A stretch of 64,000 nt of DNA from Glaucostegus cemiculus (Eukaryota), in NCBI GenBank assembly GCA_976551045.1, contig CDPCPM010000133.1, forward strand, positions 3,100,001 through 3,164,000. The letters run 5' to 3'. The position numbers were made by a program, and so were the translations under genes. The number at the start of each line of letters is the position of its first letter. Position 1 is the first letter of the stretch. A model generated the notes under the pieces. That model was given only the letters and a program-made list of their open reading frames with translations. It did no database searches and had not been told where the DNA came from. Positions 25,601 through 38,873 of this stretch are shown here, piece after piece.

Positions 25601-26849
25601 CTAATGATCTACAGCTCTGGTGCTGGGTTCATTCTCTCTCCACCAGCCAACTTCTTCCCCTGAAGCTTCATTAAACAATAAATAAGAAGTCCCAACAAGA
25701 ATCTGGAGAGTTCACTTCAAATCTACCTCCCATTCTCAGACCCTAACCATGCATTTATCCTCTTTTGGTACTGAAGCATACACTTGCGTTTGCACACTTG
25801 TACTCCAGTGTAAGCCCAGACCAGACAGTATATGAGACTCCCTCCGCATAGGTTAAAAAGTGCACAGCCAGGAAGAGCAATAATGTATTGATTCTCTGAA
25901 ATAGAGCACTGAATCTGCAATGTGTTTTTTCTTACTATAACAAATAAGGGTGACTACAACACATCACTGATTGCAGAGATTTGCACCATAAACCATCTCA
26001 GTATACAGAGTATATTGTAATCTTTTCCAAATCCTTCTGAAAATTTAAATATTGTTGCACCCAGATCTAGCTGGCTCAGCCCCTCTGCCTGGAGTTATCA
26101 CCCATGGCACCCATACCTGCACTTGTCCAGGTGTGGAATGTCTATCTTACTGGCTGTCTGTGCACTGGAGTCCAGCAGTGTGCTCTCAGTGGTGACAAGC
26201 TGTGAAATCCGTAATTATTTCTAAAAGTTTTTGTGTCACTGATATTCAGAGGTGTTTAAAAACTACTAAAATTGAAGTAATGTTTTAATGTAAAGTTTTA
26301 AAACTTTAAAGAAACTAAAGCACAAACCCTTATAAATAGAAACAATAAAGGCAAATTTCTAAAAATTAACTTGCCTTTTCCTTTGTCTCTTAAATGTTTG
26401 CCCTGCAATCCCCATTGAAATCAGTGGAATATCAAATCCTGCACAAGTTCTAACTTGATTTATGATCCAAGGGGCAGTCCCTTTTGCAGTTCTGGGGAGT
26501 CCCAGCAAACAGGGCTCTGCTTCTAAATCATTTTAAATTAGTTTATTTCCAATATCCTTTGCTCTCATATCCTTGCATTTTATACCAGTTTTCTGGGTTT
26601 ACTGAAATGAATGCTGATTTTTCAGTGAACAGAAACTGCTGAGAAGTAATGTTGGAGGATTCAGCAGAGAATGTACCTTAAGGTTTTGTAACAACAAAGA
26701 AAATCTGTGAAGCCTGTACAACCTGGAAATAATCCATTATGTTAAAATTCTTAGCTTTTTTTGGAAAGTATTTTTGATGAAGGACCAGATGAGTTACAAA
26801 GTCACCTCTTTCATTACTCTGTCATACTTCCACTATCTCTGATCTGCAG

Positions 26850-26970
26850 GAGGCTTACTCAGTGGCTCGTCAATTTAACCTCATCCCCCCAATATGTGAA
26901 CAAGCTGAATATCACCTCTTCCAAAGAGAGAAAGTTGAAGTGCAGCTTCCAGAACTCTTCCATAAGATCG
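26850..26970 (+). CDS. KCNAB2: KCNAB2 exon ([40 protein letters not shown])
   Basis: ctgcag| and |gtaaat; 121 nt. Confidence 0.97.
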
Positions 26971-27351
26971 GTAAATATTTTTGGCAGATGCATTTTCATA
27001 ACAATCAATTGCTTTGAATTATTACCTTTCCTCTGTTCAGGTTTGCCTTCATTCCTATGTGGCATACTTCCAAAGATAATGGACCATTTATGATATCTTG
27101 TACAAGTGCTCATTCTAGAAGTCAGGAAGTGTTTTGGCAATTTTTGAACAGTTTGCAGTTTAGTAATTTCTGAACAGATTGTTTAGTGGAAGCTGCAAGA
27201 ATGAAACCCCCAATGATGCCCTAGTTCTGAATTTGCTCAAAATTATTGTATGGCTGCTACCTTTAATTACATTGTCTTTTGTGTATTACTGGAAAACCCT
27301 GAGTTTCAGTGTATTTAACCTTTTTCTTCTTGCTTACATTCCTTCTTGAAG

Positions 27352-27446
27352 GTGTTGGAGCAATGACTTGGTCTCCTTTGGCATGTGGCATTATTTCTGG
27401 AAAGTATGATGCAGGTGTTCCTCCTTACTCTAGAGCTTCCTTAAAG
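27352..27446 (+). CDS. KCNAB2: KCNAB2 exon ([32 protein letters not shown])
   Basis: ttgaag| (AAG acceptor) and |gtacag; WSPLACG cofactor-binding motif. Confidence 0.96.
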
Positions 27447-28002
27447 GTACAGTAAGTAATTGAAAAAAATATTGCCAGTTTCCAGTTTATGTCTGTGATC
27501 TAGCAGGTTAAGCCAATTTCTGTACTTTACCCTGGGTAGAAAACCTCAGTGTAGAATTCAGGTGGAATATTCAGGTGTCAGTATTTGATTCTTTTGCTAA
27601 GCTATTTTAAAATTCACATTTTTGCTGTATTTGGTATGAAGAGTTTTGTTGTGTTTCTTTTTAAACTCAGTGAAACAGCTTTTCAGATGAAATTTAAAGA
27701 TATTTAAAATCAAAAGAGAAGTTAATGTAACTGAGTTTAGGGAATTGGAATCATGCAAGTTACACCTTGTAATCTGCTCTCTGTGTTATAATGTGAATTA
27801 ATGAGCTGATTGTAATATAGTGGAGAACTGATTTCTTTTGCATTACTCTCCTCATGTACAATATAACTACCTCACTGATTCATTCGAAGAGAATGACATC
27901 GCATAACTATAAAGGTCTGATATTGAATGAATTGCCTCACCTACTTCAATAACCAAGTCATTTTGGAGCATAATCATGAGCTAAATCATTTTGTATTCAC
28001 AG

Positions 28003-28123
28003 GGTTACCAATGGTTGAAGGATAAGATTCTGACTGAAGAAGGCAGGCGACAGCAAGGAAAACTAAAAGAGCTACAGGGCATTGCAGAGCGACTTAGTTG
28101 CACCCTCCCTCAGCTAGCAATAG
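28003..28123 (+). CDS. KCNAB2: KCNAB2 exon ([40 protein letters not shown])
   Basis: tcacag| and |gtgagg; ORF 27991..28209. Confidence 0.97.
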
Positions 28124-29295
28124 GTGAGGATTTAAGCTTCATTGCCTGGGGTAGGGGGGAATACTCTCCTGGCAATGCACTGGAGTTCCAACCTTTTATA
28201 CATGTCTGATACCTTTTCACTGTAAATACTAAGACATACTGCATTATTGAGATTCCTTACTGGAACACTGAATTAGATCTTAGAATTTTAATCAGACAGA
28301 AGATTTTTTTTTTAGAAAGCTTTTGCTGTCATTTGGTGAATTCAGTCATGATTGAATAGCTTTTATGGTCTTCTATTTGCAACACGAGTTAATTTCAAAC
28401 TGAAAAAGAAATACTCTCCTCTCATTGAGCTGGAAGAGTTTGTGCATTAAAGCTTTGCTCTTTTGCATTTAAATTTATTTCAGATCAAAAATGTTTTTCA
28501 GAAGGGGCAATGTTTGAATACATCTTTTCTTGAAATACTTGAAAGAAAATTGTTTCCGGGGCTGTGAGAAAAGGGCAAGAGAGTAGGATTAATTGTTAGC
28601 ATGGGCTGAATGACTGCCTGCTGTGCTCTCTCCACAAAATGTTTGTCATTTCAACTCTTTCCTTTCAACTATCCCAAATTATTCAAAAACCCATACCTTC
28701 CTGATGGTATGTATGATCAACATTAAAAACCTCACTTTGCAAAAGTATAAAGAAAACTGGAGATGGAAACAAAGAAAGAAAGATTTGGAGGGGAAACCTC
28801 AAGGCGGCATGGGGTTGTGGAGAGGTTTGTGGAAGCAAATTAAGAGGGGCTTGGAAAACTGACTGCACAATGCTAGTGATTGGCAAAGGAAGTGCAAGAA
28901 GGTAGGGTAAAAGGAACAAAGGAATAAGCCATGGAAAAGTTGTTACGTGAGTTGTTGATGACAGAAGGCCAAAGTAGGTCAATGAGCAGAGTAATAGACA
29001 AGTGAGATTTTGTGGAATTGAACAGGAGTACCTGTCTTGCATTGGCTCCACCCTGTAGAGGTTGAAAGAGGCCTGTCAGTGGATCATGGAGTGACTGAGT
29101 CCAGAGGTTACGACAACTTTGATGAGAGTTTCAATAGCAATGGGCTAAGGTGAGCAATGTTATGAAGGTGGAAGTAGCCAGCCTTTGAGCATATATAAAA
29201 TCAGAAACACTACTTGACTCAAACAGGTTTCTGACTCCCATGAATCTGGTTCCATCTGAATCAGTGACCTAGGTACGGTAATCTTTTAAAAAAAA

Positions 29296-29466
29296 AAATT
29301 TTTAATTTTATTTACAGCATGGTAACAGGCCCTTTCAGCCCAACAAGTCTGCGCCGCCCATTTTAAACCCCCAAATTAACCTACCCGTACATCTTTCAGA
29401 ATGTGGGAGGAAACCGGAGCACCCAGAGGAAACCCACGCAGACATGGAAGAACGTACAAACTCCTT
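29296..29466 (-). mobile_element. 5'-truncated V-SINE
   Basis: Reverse complement of the 1932-2185 element. Confidence 0.88.
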
Positions 29467-30024
29467 AATCTATAGCCAGGATAAAGGAAGAGTCAAATAT
29501 CATTTCAGTCTGTTATTTCTGATGTTCTTGAATTTTAAAATAATCTGAAAGGATCCAAGTCACTTAAGTTCCATTTAAAATTTTTCATTCATAAGGAACA
29601 TTTATTTAATGATAGAGCTCTAACATTCGGGCTTTGTGCAGCTGTTTATCCTTTCAAGAGTAGGAAATGCTTAAATTCAACACAGGCTAGAACAATCTCA
29701 GTTTACATTTTTTTAAACTGTAATGATGTATTAGAAATAACAAATGTATTGGAATATTGTGATAATACAAATAAGAAATGATTTTTTGGAAATCCAAGGT
29801 ATAGGCTTTGAAAAAATGCCTCTAAAGGTGAAAGTTTTTTTTCCTCTTTGAGAACTGTCCTTAATATAAATATTGCATTTAACACAATCAAATACCATTT
29901 TCTTTTCTGTTAAAAATGGATTGACATGAATCAATAGTACAAAGAACTGTTTAGTACTATGAAAATCATAATCTCTGCTCTTCAAAGAGACCCTATAAAT
30001 TGTCAGAAGTAAAACTTCTCCCAC

Positions 30025-30145
30025 GGCGTGGGTTTCCTCCCACATCTTCTGAAAGACGTCTGGGTAGGTTAATTTGGGGGTTTAAAATGGGCGGCTTGGA
30101 CTCGTTGGGCCGAAAGGGCCTGTTACCACGCTGCAAATAAATAAA
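30025..30145 (+). mobile_element. 5'-truncated V-SINE
   Basis: Same tail as the 1932 copy, with an internal deletion in the V-domain. Confidence 0.85.
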
Positions 30146-32095
30146 TACTTTTAATTAAAACAGTCCTTGTTCATTTTAAAAATATACAGAAATTCTGGAG
30201 TATCTTAAAGGAGAAATAAAACCTTTGAATTTCAAGTATCACAGAGCTGACAGATTATTGCTAGTTAAGATTTTCAGGGATGAGTGAGGGTTGTTTATAA
30301 CAGATGTGTCTTCCTCTGTGGAGAATTACATTGCTATCCAGGCCTGTTTCATCTATGTTATTTGGTGTTGTAGATGATGATTTGCACAGTCCTGAGATTT
30401 AATCTGACTAAGTAGTTGACATAGGCAGATCTTCCCTAAAATAAATCTCCAATCTGAATCACTGACTACAAATTTGTTATATCCATGAACTAGGCAGTAA
30501 CACAGTGGATAAGAAGTAAGTTCAATTTCCCTGCCTCTTCAAGTTTTCATTCTTATCTATACGACTGCACAGACTTCCCACACAGAGTTGTGAGCAAGTA
30601 GGACACCAAAGATTGTTCTGTCTAAGTGATCATCTTGAACTTTGGGACAATCGCCTTCACCATCATGAAGAGTATGGGTTCAAAGTAACACCAAAAAGAA
30701 CACTTGAGTCTTACTCTTAAGCTTTTTTTTAAAATCAACTCTCTCACCTAACAATGAAACCTGTTTTAGCATTGCCATAAATTACTGAAAGGGTAGCTAC
30801 TGTCCTCAGACACCTCTATAAATGATGCATTTAAATGGACAGTAACAATCAGGGAAAGATGTATCAAGAGAACGGCTTCCCAGTCTAGTTTACCTGTATA
30901 CCAGTTATGATTGGGACTTTCATAGTAAAAAGAAACATGCTTTCTGTGGCTTCAGACAACTGGCATCAATAACTCATGCCCCAATCATTATGAGAATAGT
31001 ATTCACCATTTTGTTCTTGTCCTGGATGTAACATGGATATACTTCTGACTATACATTGTCAGCAGAAGAGAACACCTTACAAATACATAATTTTAAGTGG
31101 GAACCAGTGATTCAACTTGATACAAGAATGGTTGAGAACATTTATTTGCTAGCACAAAGTTAATACATATTAATGGTTAGGAGATAATTATCAACATTAA
31201 ATTAGATTTTAAACCATATTAGCATGTTGTGTTTTAGGGAGAGAGAAAGCACGATAGCACTGTTTATTTGGCAATGTATCCCGGTTGAACCCAGCAATGA
31301 TTCTCCTCTTTCCTGTGACTCCAGCAGCATTGATTCTTCTGTGATCTGAAGTCAAGAAATTAGACTCCAGTTACATTAATATCTCTTTAGAAGGCTCCTG
31401 ATTACTGTTTGGTTCTCAATCAATATCAACTCTTATGACTAAATTGGTATTTTAGGCAATTTTAGAAACTGCACGCAAATTTAATTTTGTGGCCATAAAT
31501 TGGAGATAGCGGAGGAGAATGCTGGGGAGAAAAACTAACGAAACGAGGCTATTTGTAAAATGCTGTAACAACTAAAAGTATAGACTGCAGGAATATACCT
31601 GATAATATAGAAACCAACAGATTTGGGAATGTTGTCTCAGAGCAAGTTGAATAAAAGATATAGGGATCTATCACTGAGGGAATGGAGGGAGCAGGTTTCT
31701 CACATTGGTTATTTATTTGGGGTTATTTATTTTTACAATTGAGAACTAAAAGGCAATCTTGGCCTTTGAGAGGAGTATTTGTGCAGTCTGGAACCTAATC
31801 TCTCTCTTTTGTCCTTGTGGGAAAGTGCTGACTAGGTTAAGCAAGCCACATTTGCAGGACTTGATCCTGATGAACATTGCTAGTGTGTATACTCTTTACC
31901 CAACAGTGGGAATAAGGCTTAATACTTGGTTTAGCCCTGTTAACTGTTGCCTTAATTCTAGTGTATATTAACTTGGTTTGAACAAATAAAGTCCCTATAA
32001 TCATATTGGTATTGGGTTGAATCATTGACCTTAACTTAAGATCAAATCTTGCATACATTGTTCATAATTTAATTAATCTTGTATTCTTCTTCCAG

Positions 32096-32184
32096 CCTGG
32101 TGTTTAAGAAATGAGGGTGTTAGTTCTGTGCTAGTTGGAGCTTCTAACACTGAACAACTTTTGGAAAACATTGGAGCAATACAG
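32096..32184 (+). CDS. KCNAB2: KCNAB2 exon ([30 protein letters not shown])
   Basis: ttccag| and |gtcagt. Confidence 0.96.
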
Positions 32185-32489
32185 GTCAGTATGGCAACTT
32201 AAACCAAGCAACTGCTGCTGCGCTCACTATGCACTACAGCCATGTGTACTTTAACCCTCTTGCTTTTGGCTGTCCATTTAGCTCTACAGTTTCTGTAAGT
32301 AAAAGAACTACAATGACAGCTATTGAAAATATACCAAATTGCATGGTACTTGGAGGAGATTCAGACTGATTGTAGGCAATGAGCACCACTTAAATACAGA
32401 TAAAAATCTGTGTCAACTTTTCCATCGTTTGCACAACTTATTCAAACAATAGTAAGTCAATCAGTCATGTGAAGGCTAAATGAGGTTTA

Positions 32490-33831
32490 GGGAGTCCCTC
32501 AAGATCAAGGATGATCTACTTTAACTGCGGTTCTGTGGGTTTCTGAGGTGACTGATGCCAACATGGAGGCATGCAGGCTGTTCCACAAATGGGGCAGGTG
32601 ATGGCTGGTTTGTGAGGTGATCTGCTCCTTCCATCACATATGCAGGGCCTCTGTAGGCTTCTGATGCATGACCTCAAGATCCTCAATGCCATCCCAAATG
32701 ATTCTTCACTACCTTAAGCTACTGTGAGCCAGAGGTTCCCAGGAGTCGGTGATGATGTTGCATTTCTTCAAGGTAGAAAACATGAAAGTATGTAATATAA
32801 CTAACATGGAAGGAAGCTTTAAGCCCATCCTTGAATCTTTTTCTCTGTTTGCTCTGCAATCTTTTCCTATGACAGTGCTTGGAATTGGAGTGTCTAGTAT
32901 CAGACATGTGAGCAACATGGCCAGCCAAAACAGCTGGCTAAATGTAACATGAGCCTCAGTATTCAGTATTTTGGATTGAGAGAGTACACTGACATTGATT
33001 TGCTTATCCTTCCAGTGGATTTGTAGGATTTTGCAGAAATAGTGTTGATGACATGTTCCCAAGTGTGTTGAGATGCCTGCTGTAAGTGGTCCAGATCTCA
33101 GAAGCGTGTGGAAGGACAGGGATCGTGGTTGCCTGGTAGACATGACTTTTGTGCCAGGTCTGAACCCTTGATCTTCAAATACCTCTTTCTTTAATCAACC
33201 AAATGGTATGCTGGCACATTGTAAGTGTCTGTCCTGGCCAGGAGATGACTGCTGAGGTATGGGTGATGCTGTGAACCTGTCAGAGGACAGTATGATGTGA
33301 CGGGCAGGTTTAGAGAAGATCTTCATCTTTTGGATGATGATTTGTAAGGCCCAGCCTCTGTAAGGAAAGTGTTGATGATAGCTTGGAGTTCGGCCTCTGA
33401 GAATGCACAAGAGCCAGCATCACCTGAGTACTGTTACAGGAGTACTGAGGTTTGGGTACCCCTGGCTTTGAGATGTAGTTGCTGTAGGCTGAATAGCTTC
33501 TTAAGATTTGCTCCACTCACTCATGAGGTTTATTGGAGGTGAGGTGCAACATTGTGGCAAGAAAGGTTGAGGAAAGATTGGGGCAAAATGCAGCTGCCTT
33601 TGACGTAGCAGTTCACTGAAAATGGTTCTGTTGTAGATCCACTGGTTAATATCATTGCTTGCATGCCTTCATAGAACAAGAGGAAGATGCAAGCAAATTT
33701 CTGTAGGCAGCAGGATTTGAGGAGGGTTTTCCAATCCTTCCTCAGTAATAAAGTCAAAGCTTTAGGCAAGGTTGAAAAAGGCCTTTATAGTGGCTGTTGC
33801 AGCTTCCTGCATTTTTCTTGGAGGTAAAGAT
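32490..33831 (-). mobile_element. RTE-clade LINE, 3' part (degraded RT and C-terminus)
   Basis: Minus ORFs: MQAMILTSGSTTEPFSV..VKGSCI, AGHVAHMSDTR..QRKRFKDGLKAS. Confidence 0.8.
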
Positions 33832-34989
33832 AAATAAGAAAAACCTAAGAAATAGGAGCGGGAGTAGGCCACTGGCCCTTCAATAAGATCATTGGCTGAT
33901 CTGGCCGTAGACTCAGATCCAACTACCTGCCTTTCCCCCATAACCCTTAATTCCCCTACTATGTAAAAATCTATCTAACTGTGTCTTCAATATATTTCGT
34001 GAGGTAGCCTCCACTGCTTCCCTGGGCAGAGAATTCCACAGATTCACTACTCTTTGGGAAAAGCAGTTTCTCCTCATCTCTGTCCTAGATCTGTTCCCCC
34101 GAATCTTGAGGCTGTCCCCTAATTCTACTCTCACCTACCAGTGGAAACAACCTTCCTGCCTCTATCTTTTCTACCCCTTTCAAAATTTTATATGTTTCTG
34201 TAAGATCCCCTCTTATTCTTCTGAATTCCAACGAGTGTAGTCCCAGGTGACTCAATTCCTCCTCATAGGCTAACCTCCTCATCTCCAGAATCAACCTGGT
34301 GAACCTCCTCTGCACCGCCTCCAAAGCCAGTATATCTTTCCTCAAGCACGGAGACCAGAACTGCACGCAGTACTCCAGGTGCGGCCTCACCAGTGCCCTG
34401 TACAGTTGCAGCATAACCTCCCTGCTCTTAAATTCAATCCCTCCAGCAATGACGGCCAACGTTCCATTTGCCTTCTTGATAACCTGTTGCACCTGCAAAC
34501 CAACCTTCTGCAATTCATGCACAAGTTCTCTGAAGTCCCTCTGCACAGCAGCATGCTGCAATCTTTCACCATTTAGATAATAATCTGATCTTCTATTTTT
34601 CTTTCCAAAGTGGATGACCTCGCACTTACCAACACTGTACTCCATCTGCCGGACTCTTGCCCACACACTTAACCTATCTATCTATCTCTACAGACTCTCC
34701 ACTTCTTCCGCACAATTTGCTTTTTCACTCAATTTAGTGTCATCAGCAATCGTAGATATGCTACACTCAGTCCCCTCTTCCAAATTGTTAATGTATAACG
34801 TGAACAGTTGCGGCCCAGCACTGACCCCTGCAGCACCTCGCTCACCACTGACTGCCAACCAGAGAAACACCCATTTATCCCAACTCTCTGCATTGTATTG
34901 GTTAACCAATCCTCTACCATACTAATACATTACTCCCAACTCCATGCATCCTTATCTTATGGATAAGTCTTTTATGCTGCATAATCTTT
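33832..34989 (-). mobile_element. CR1/HER1-type LINE 3' fragment nested in the RTE element
   Basis: ORFs GSVLGPQLFTLYINNLEEG..ADDTKL, KCEVIHFG, LVRPHLEYCVQFWSP, FSQRVVNLWNSLP; flanked by a GGTAAAGAT direct repeat. Confidence 0.93.
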
Positions 34990-36110
34990 GGTAAAGATCT
35001 TAAGCATTTTACCTCTGGATGGAAGGAATCCACACTGTGATTTGGGGAGCAGCTCTTCAGCCGCTCGCAAGGGGCAGTTCAGGAGGACACAGGAGATGAC
35101 TTTCCTTGTGGTGGACAGCAGGGAGACCCCTCTGCAGTTAGTCTTGTCTCCTTTCATGATTGTAGCACCTTTTGAGGTCCCATGGAATATTCTCCTCTTC
35201 CCACAGGTAGGAGTTGAGGCTATGAATTTATAACTGCCAAGTTTTAGCAATTCAGTGGGGATTCCATCTGCTCCCAAGGCCTTGCGATTTTTGAGATGGA
35301 ATTTTTTTTAGACATATTATCATTCAGGAATAGTGATAAGGATGGTACAAATAAGTTGCTGTGAGACGGAGTCAAAGCCACTCATGTCAAGGCAGTGGCC
35401 TGGTTGAGGAGGTCATTCAGATATTCTTTCCAACAGGTGTTGACTGCCTCTCTTTCAGAACTGCCTTACAGTTGTGGTTAATTAGCTCCTCAATCTCATG
35501 ATCATTGTCATCAAACCTGTCCTTTGAGAAGCCAAGAGTCTATTCTCAGGTGCCAATTATGACAAACTTCGAGGCAGCCCATAACCTGTGGACACTTTGC
35601 AGATCAGGAATTGTGAGGTCCTTCAGAGCTTTGACATTGATCTTCTTTCAGCAACACTTCTGTTGTCAGTGATGTTTTGGGACCAGGTTGATGGAGATAT
35701 TGGACAGAATCAGGCAGTGGTCAGTCCATCAGTTATCAGTGCCTATTATGACAGGGGTAATGTGGACATCTTTGCAGTCCCTTGCTTGCAGGATATACTT
35801 TAGCAGGTTTGTGCTTGGACCTAGGATGTTGCCATGATGCCAGTGTGCACCTCTCTGATGAAACTACAGCCATACTCCATGTCCTTTGTTAAGAGAAGAA
35901 CCCATTCAAGATGGCATTCCCTACTCTCTCCTTGCTGATCATGCATCACTGGAAGGTTGCATCACTCCCACCCTGGCATTGAAGTCATCCAGAAGGATCA
36001 GTTTGTCTCCCTTTGGGACGCCAACAAGGATTATTTCAAGGTTGCATTTGATGTCCTCCCTGGCCCTCAATGTCTCAACAGTTCCCAACTGTGAGCAGTT
36101 GCGTTGTAAT
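34990..36110 (-). mobile_element. RTE-clade LINE, 5' part
   Basis: ORF 34972..35277 GADGIPTELLK..CRGVSLLSTT..LPKSQCGFLPSRG; endonuclease remnants near 36000. Confidence 0.82.
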
Positions 36111-36114
36111 CTGT

Positions 36115-36600
36115 GGCAGTTAGTGTGATGGCAGGCCTATTTCGATTGCTAGTGATGCTGCTGAGCCATTCTTGATGGATATTGAAATTCCCCACCCAAA
36201 GTTCTTTGTGTGCTTGTTTCCTCAATACTTCTCCCAAATATTCTTCAACATGGAGATGTACTGAGTCACTAGTTGAGGAAGTGAAGTAATCATCAGAAGG
36301 CCGCCTCAAGTTGACCACAAACCATGATATTTTATGGAGTCCCTGTTGAGGATTCTGAGGGTTACTCATGAAGAGGATAGATGCTGTTGGAGGAGGTTGG
36401 TCTGAAGTGTTGATTTTGTAAGCATGACTTTCCTCAGAATCTGGTCAACCACAGCCTGGCAGTGTTTGCGGATACAACTGTTTGTGTCATACGTGTGTTA
36501 GTGAGGAAATCGTTGTAGAGCCAACTCCATTATGTGACTTGGTTGTGTCCAAATCCAACATCTAGCTTAATGCTGAGTGTTCTGTGTAGTTTTAGTTCTA
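36115..36600 (-). mobile_element. APE-endonuclease fragment of another LINE family
   Basis: ORF 36067..36369 LHVEEYLGEVL..LWVGNFNIHQEWL (degenerate GDFN motif). Confidence 0.6.
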
Positions 36601-36864
36601 TTAAACTTTGTCTTCCAGTTGGTACAACTGTGTTATTGGGCTGTTTTAGTTTTAGAGATCTGGAGTTGTACGTCAGGCAGACTAGTTAGGGCATGGCAGA
36701 CTTGCTTCATTAAAGATTATTAGTGAACCAGAAAAGCTTTTATGACAAGCTGGTAGAATCAGCAATAGTGACATAAAGCTATCATTTTATTTCCATATTT
36801 ATGAACTGAATTCTAAGATATGGTCAGGTTTGAGCTACTATCTCTGGCTCATTAAAAAAAAATA

Positions 36865-37285
36865 CACATATATAGCACCTTTCAAGTCTCTTTTAGGAAC
36901 TTCTAAAGCAGGCAATAAAATAATTTTTAATGTGTAGTTTATATTGTAAAGAAACATGGTAGCAACTTTGCATACAGCAGGCTCCCACAAACAACAATTT
37001 AATAATGAACTGATCATCTATTTAAGTAATGTTGAGTGAAAAATATTGACCAAAATGGTTTTATTATTTTATTAAGTATTGGACAGATGATTCTCCTGCT
37101 CTTTGAAATTTTGCCACATCAACCTGGGAAAGGGGGCCTTATTTTAAAGATGGCACCATAGACAGTCTGCTCCTATCCTGCAGTTGAATTATTGAGATTT
37201 TTGTTCTCAAGTCTCCAGAATGGAACTTGAACCCACAACTTTCTGTCAGAGGTCAATGAGTTGCTATCTGCACCAACACTGACAT
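36865..37285 (-). mobile_element. DeuSINE-like (SacSINE1/AmnSINE1-related) degraded SINE
   Basis: Reverse-strand tail (tatatagcacctttcaag), Deu-like ctcctgctctttgaa..gatggcacc, and head ggaacttgaacccacaac; similar remnants at about 15070-15350, 18000-18270 and 58200-58480. Confidence 0.55.
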
Positions 37286-37444
37286 TTATTCCCAGTTTTT
37301 GATTTACCATGCTAACTAACCTGAAAAGCTTCTCCAAATCGTATTCTTAACATGTACCAGATTTGCGGGGAATAGAATGCAGTTTCACTGTGTCCACAGA
37401 GCTTTGGTATAAAATACATTACTGATATGCTTTTTCTCCCACAG

Positions 37445-37534
37445 GTTCTTCCAAAGTTATCCTCATCAATTGTGCATGAGATCGATAGTATCCTGGGAAA
37501 CAAGCCATTCAGCAAAAAGGATTATCGATCCTAA
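37445..37534 (+). CDS. KCNAB2: KCNAB2 last coding exon ([29 protein letters not shown])
   Basis: ccacag| acceptor; TAA at 37532-37534; canonical Kv-beta C-terminus. Confidence 0.97.
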   Translation, partial: VLPKLSSSIVHEIDSILGNKPFSKKDYRS

Positions 37535-38430
37535 AAAGGAATTTCAATTATTCTGGACTGTTATCATTTCAAAAGCAATCTTCTTTGCCTGCTCAAGCTA
37601 TAACTGAATTTAATATCAGTATGCTTCTGATGAAGGAATTAAACTTCAAGTTCCTGATGCTACAGAAAAGGATCAAAAAGGAAAAAGTGAACCACAAACC
37701 AATGCCAGCAAGGCACAGTTGGTTCAGTGGACTGCCTGTTACCTTTGCTAATTAAAAAAAAAAATTATTTTCCTGGAATTCCAAAATGTCACAGATTTGA
37801 TTAGTTTGCCGTGATGCCATAACTTTTCTGCATTCATTATTTTAAAGAGCTACTGCTGGATATCGAGTTTGGTTGAACAAGAATATAATCTACGGCACTC
37901 TGCTGGAAACAGCCTTTAGCAGGTTTGACTGTAATCTAACTGCTTCATAGGAAACCAAATCGACAAGGATTGCCCAACCCCTGAAATAAATGTTGAGGGG
38001 TTCCAAATCTGCACACTGCTGTATATGTTATATACTTCCAATTGGCCTTGGGCGCGGTGACTTCTCAGAAGGCATCTCTGATGCCTACATCTGTTAATTG
38101 TCGGAAATGTTCATTTGAAGAAATAGAATAAACTAATACTGTAACATAATCTTATGGCACAATAGAATATTGTGGCCTGGCAACTGGCTATGTATATATA
38201 CAATAATAATGTGATCATTATTACAGAATCATAATTTAGTTCTACTTGCCAACAACTTGTAGGACTATAAATTTAAAAAATAAGCAGTGACTCTTGACTG
38301 AACTATGCATGATTCTATTATAATCAGGATCCGTATGTATGTATATGCTGCTGACTATGTAAATGCTATCAATCCATGGGCTGTTTTGACAAAATCATAC
38401 AATAAAGATATTGGATAGATTGGGAATTGG
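37535..38430 (+). other. KCNAB2: KCNAB2 3' UTR with candidate poly(A) signals
   Basis: AATAAA at 37985-37990, 38127-38132 and 38401-38406; true 3' end not determinable from sequence. Confidence 0.55.
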
Positions 38431-38602
38431 ATATTCAAAAGAACTATTTGCACTTATATAGCATATAATTGAATCTTTCCCTGCATATTCTTAGTTTATT
38501 TCATGCTGTCCTATCAGCCCCTTCCATCTGAACCCAAACAAACTGCCACTTGGGTGATAAGGCACAAAACAAAGGTCTGTTTTGCACAGGTGTATTAAAT
38601 AT

Positions 38603-38873
38603 TAAAATTTAAATGTAAAATTTAAATTAAATTTTATTTACAGTGTGGTAACAGGCCCTTTCCGCCCAACAAGTCCATGCCGCCCATTTTAACCCCCCCA
38701 AATTAACCTACCCGTACATCTTTTTACAATGTGGGAGGAAACCGGAGCACCCGGAGGAAACCCACGCAGACACGGCAGAACGTACAAACTCCTTACAGTC
38801 AGCGATGGGAATCGAACCCTGATCGCTGGCGCTGTAACAGCGTCGCGCTAACCGCTACACTATCGTGCCGCCC
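38603..38873 (-). mobile_element. Full-length V-SINE
   Basis: Close reverse complement of the 1932 copy; intact B box GGTTCGATTCC. Confidence 0.92.

Noticed and set aside
34085-34666. 193-aa minus-strand ORF as a nested gene
   Set aside because: CR1 ORF2 fragment with frameshifts on both sides
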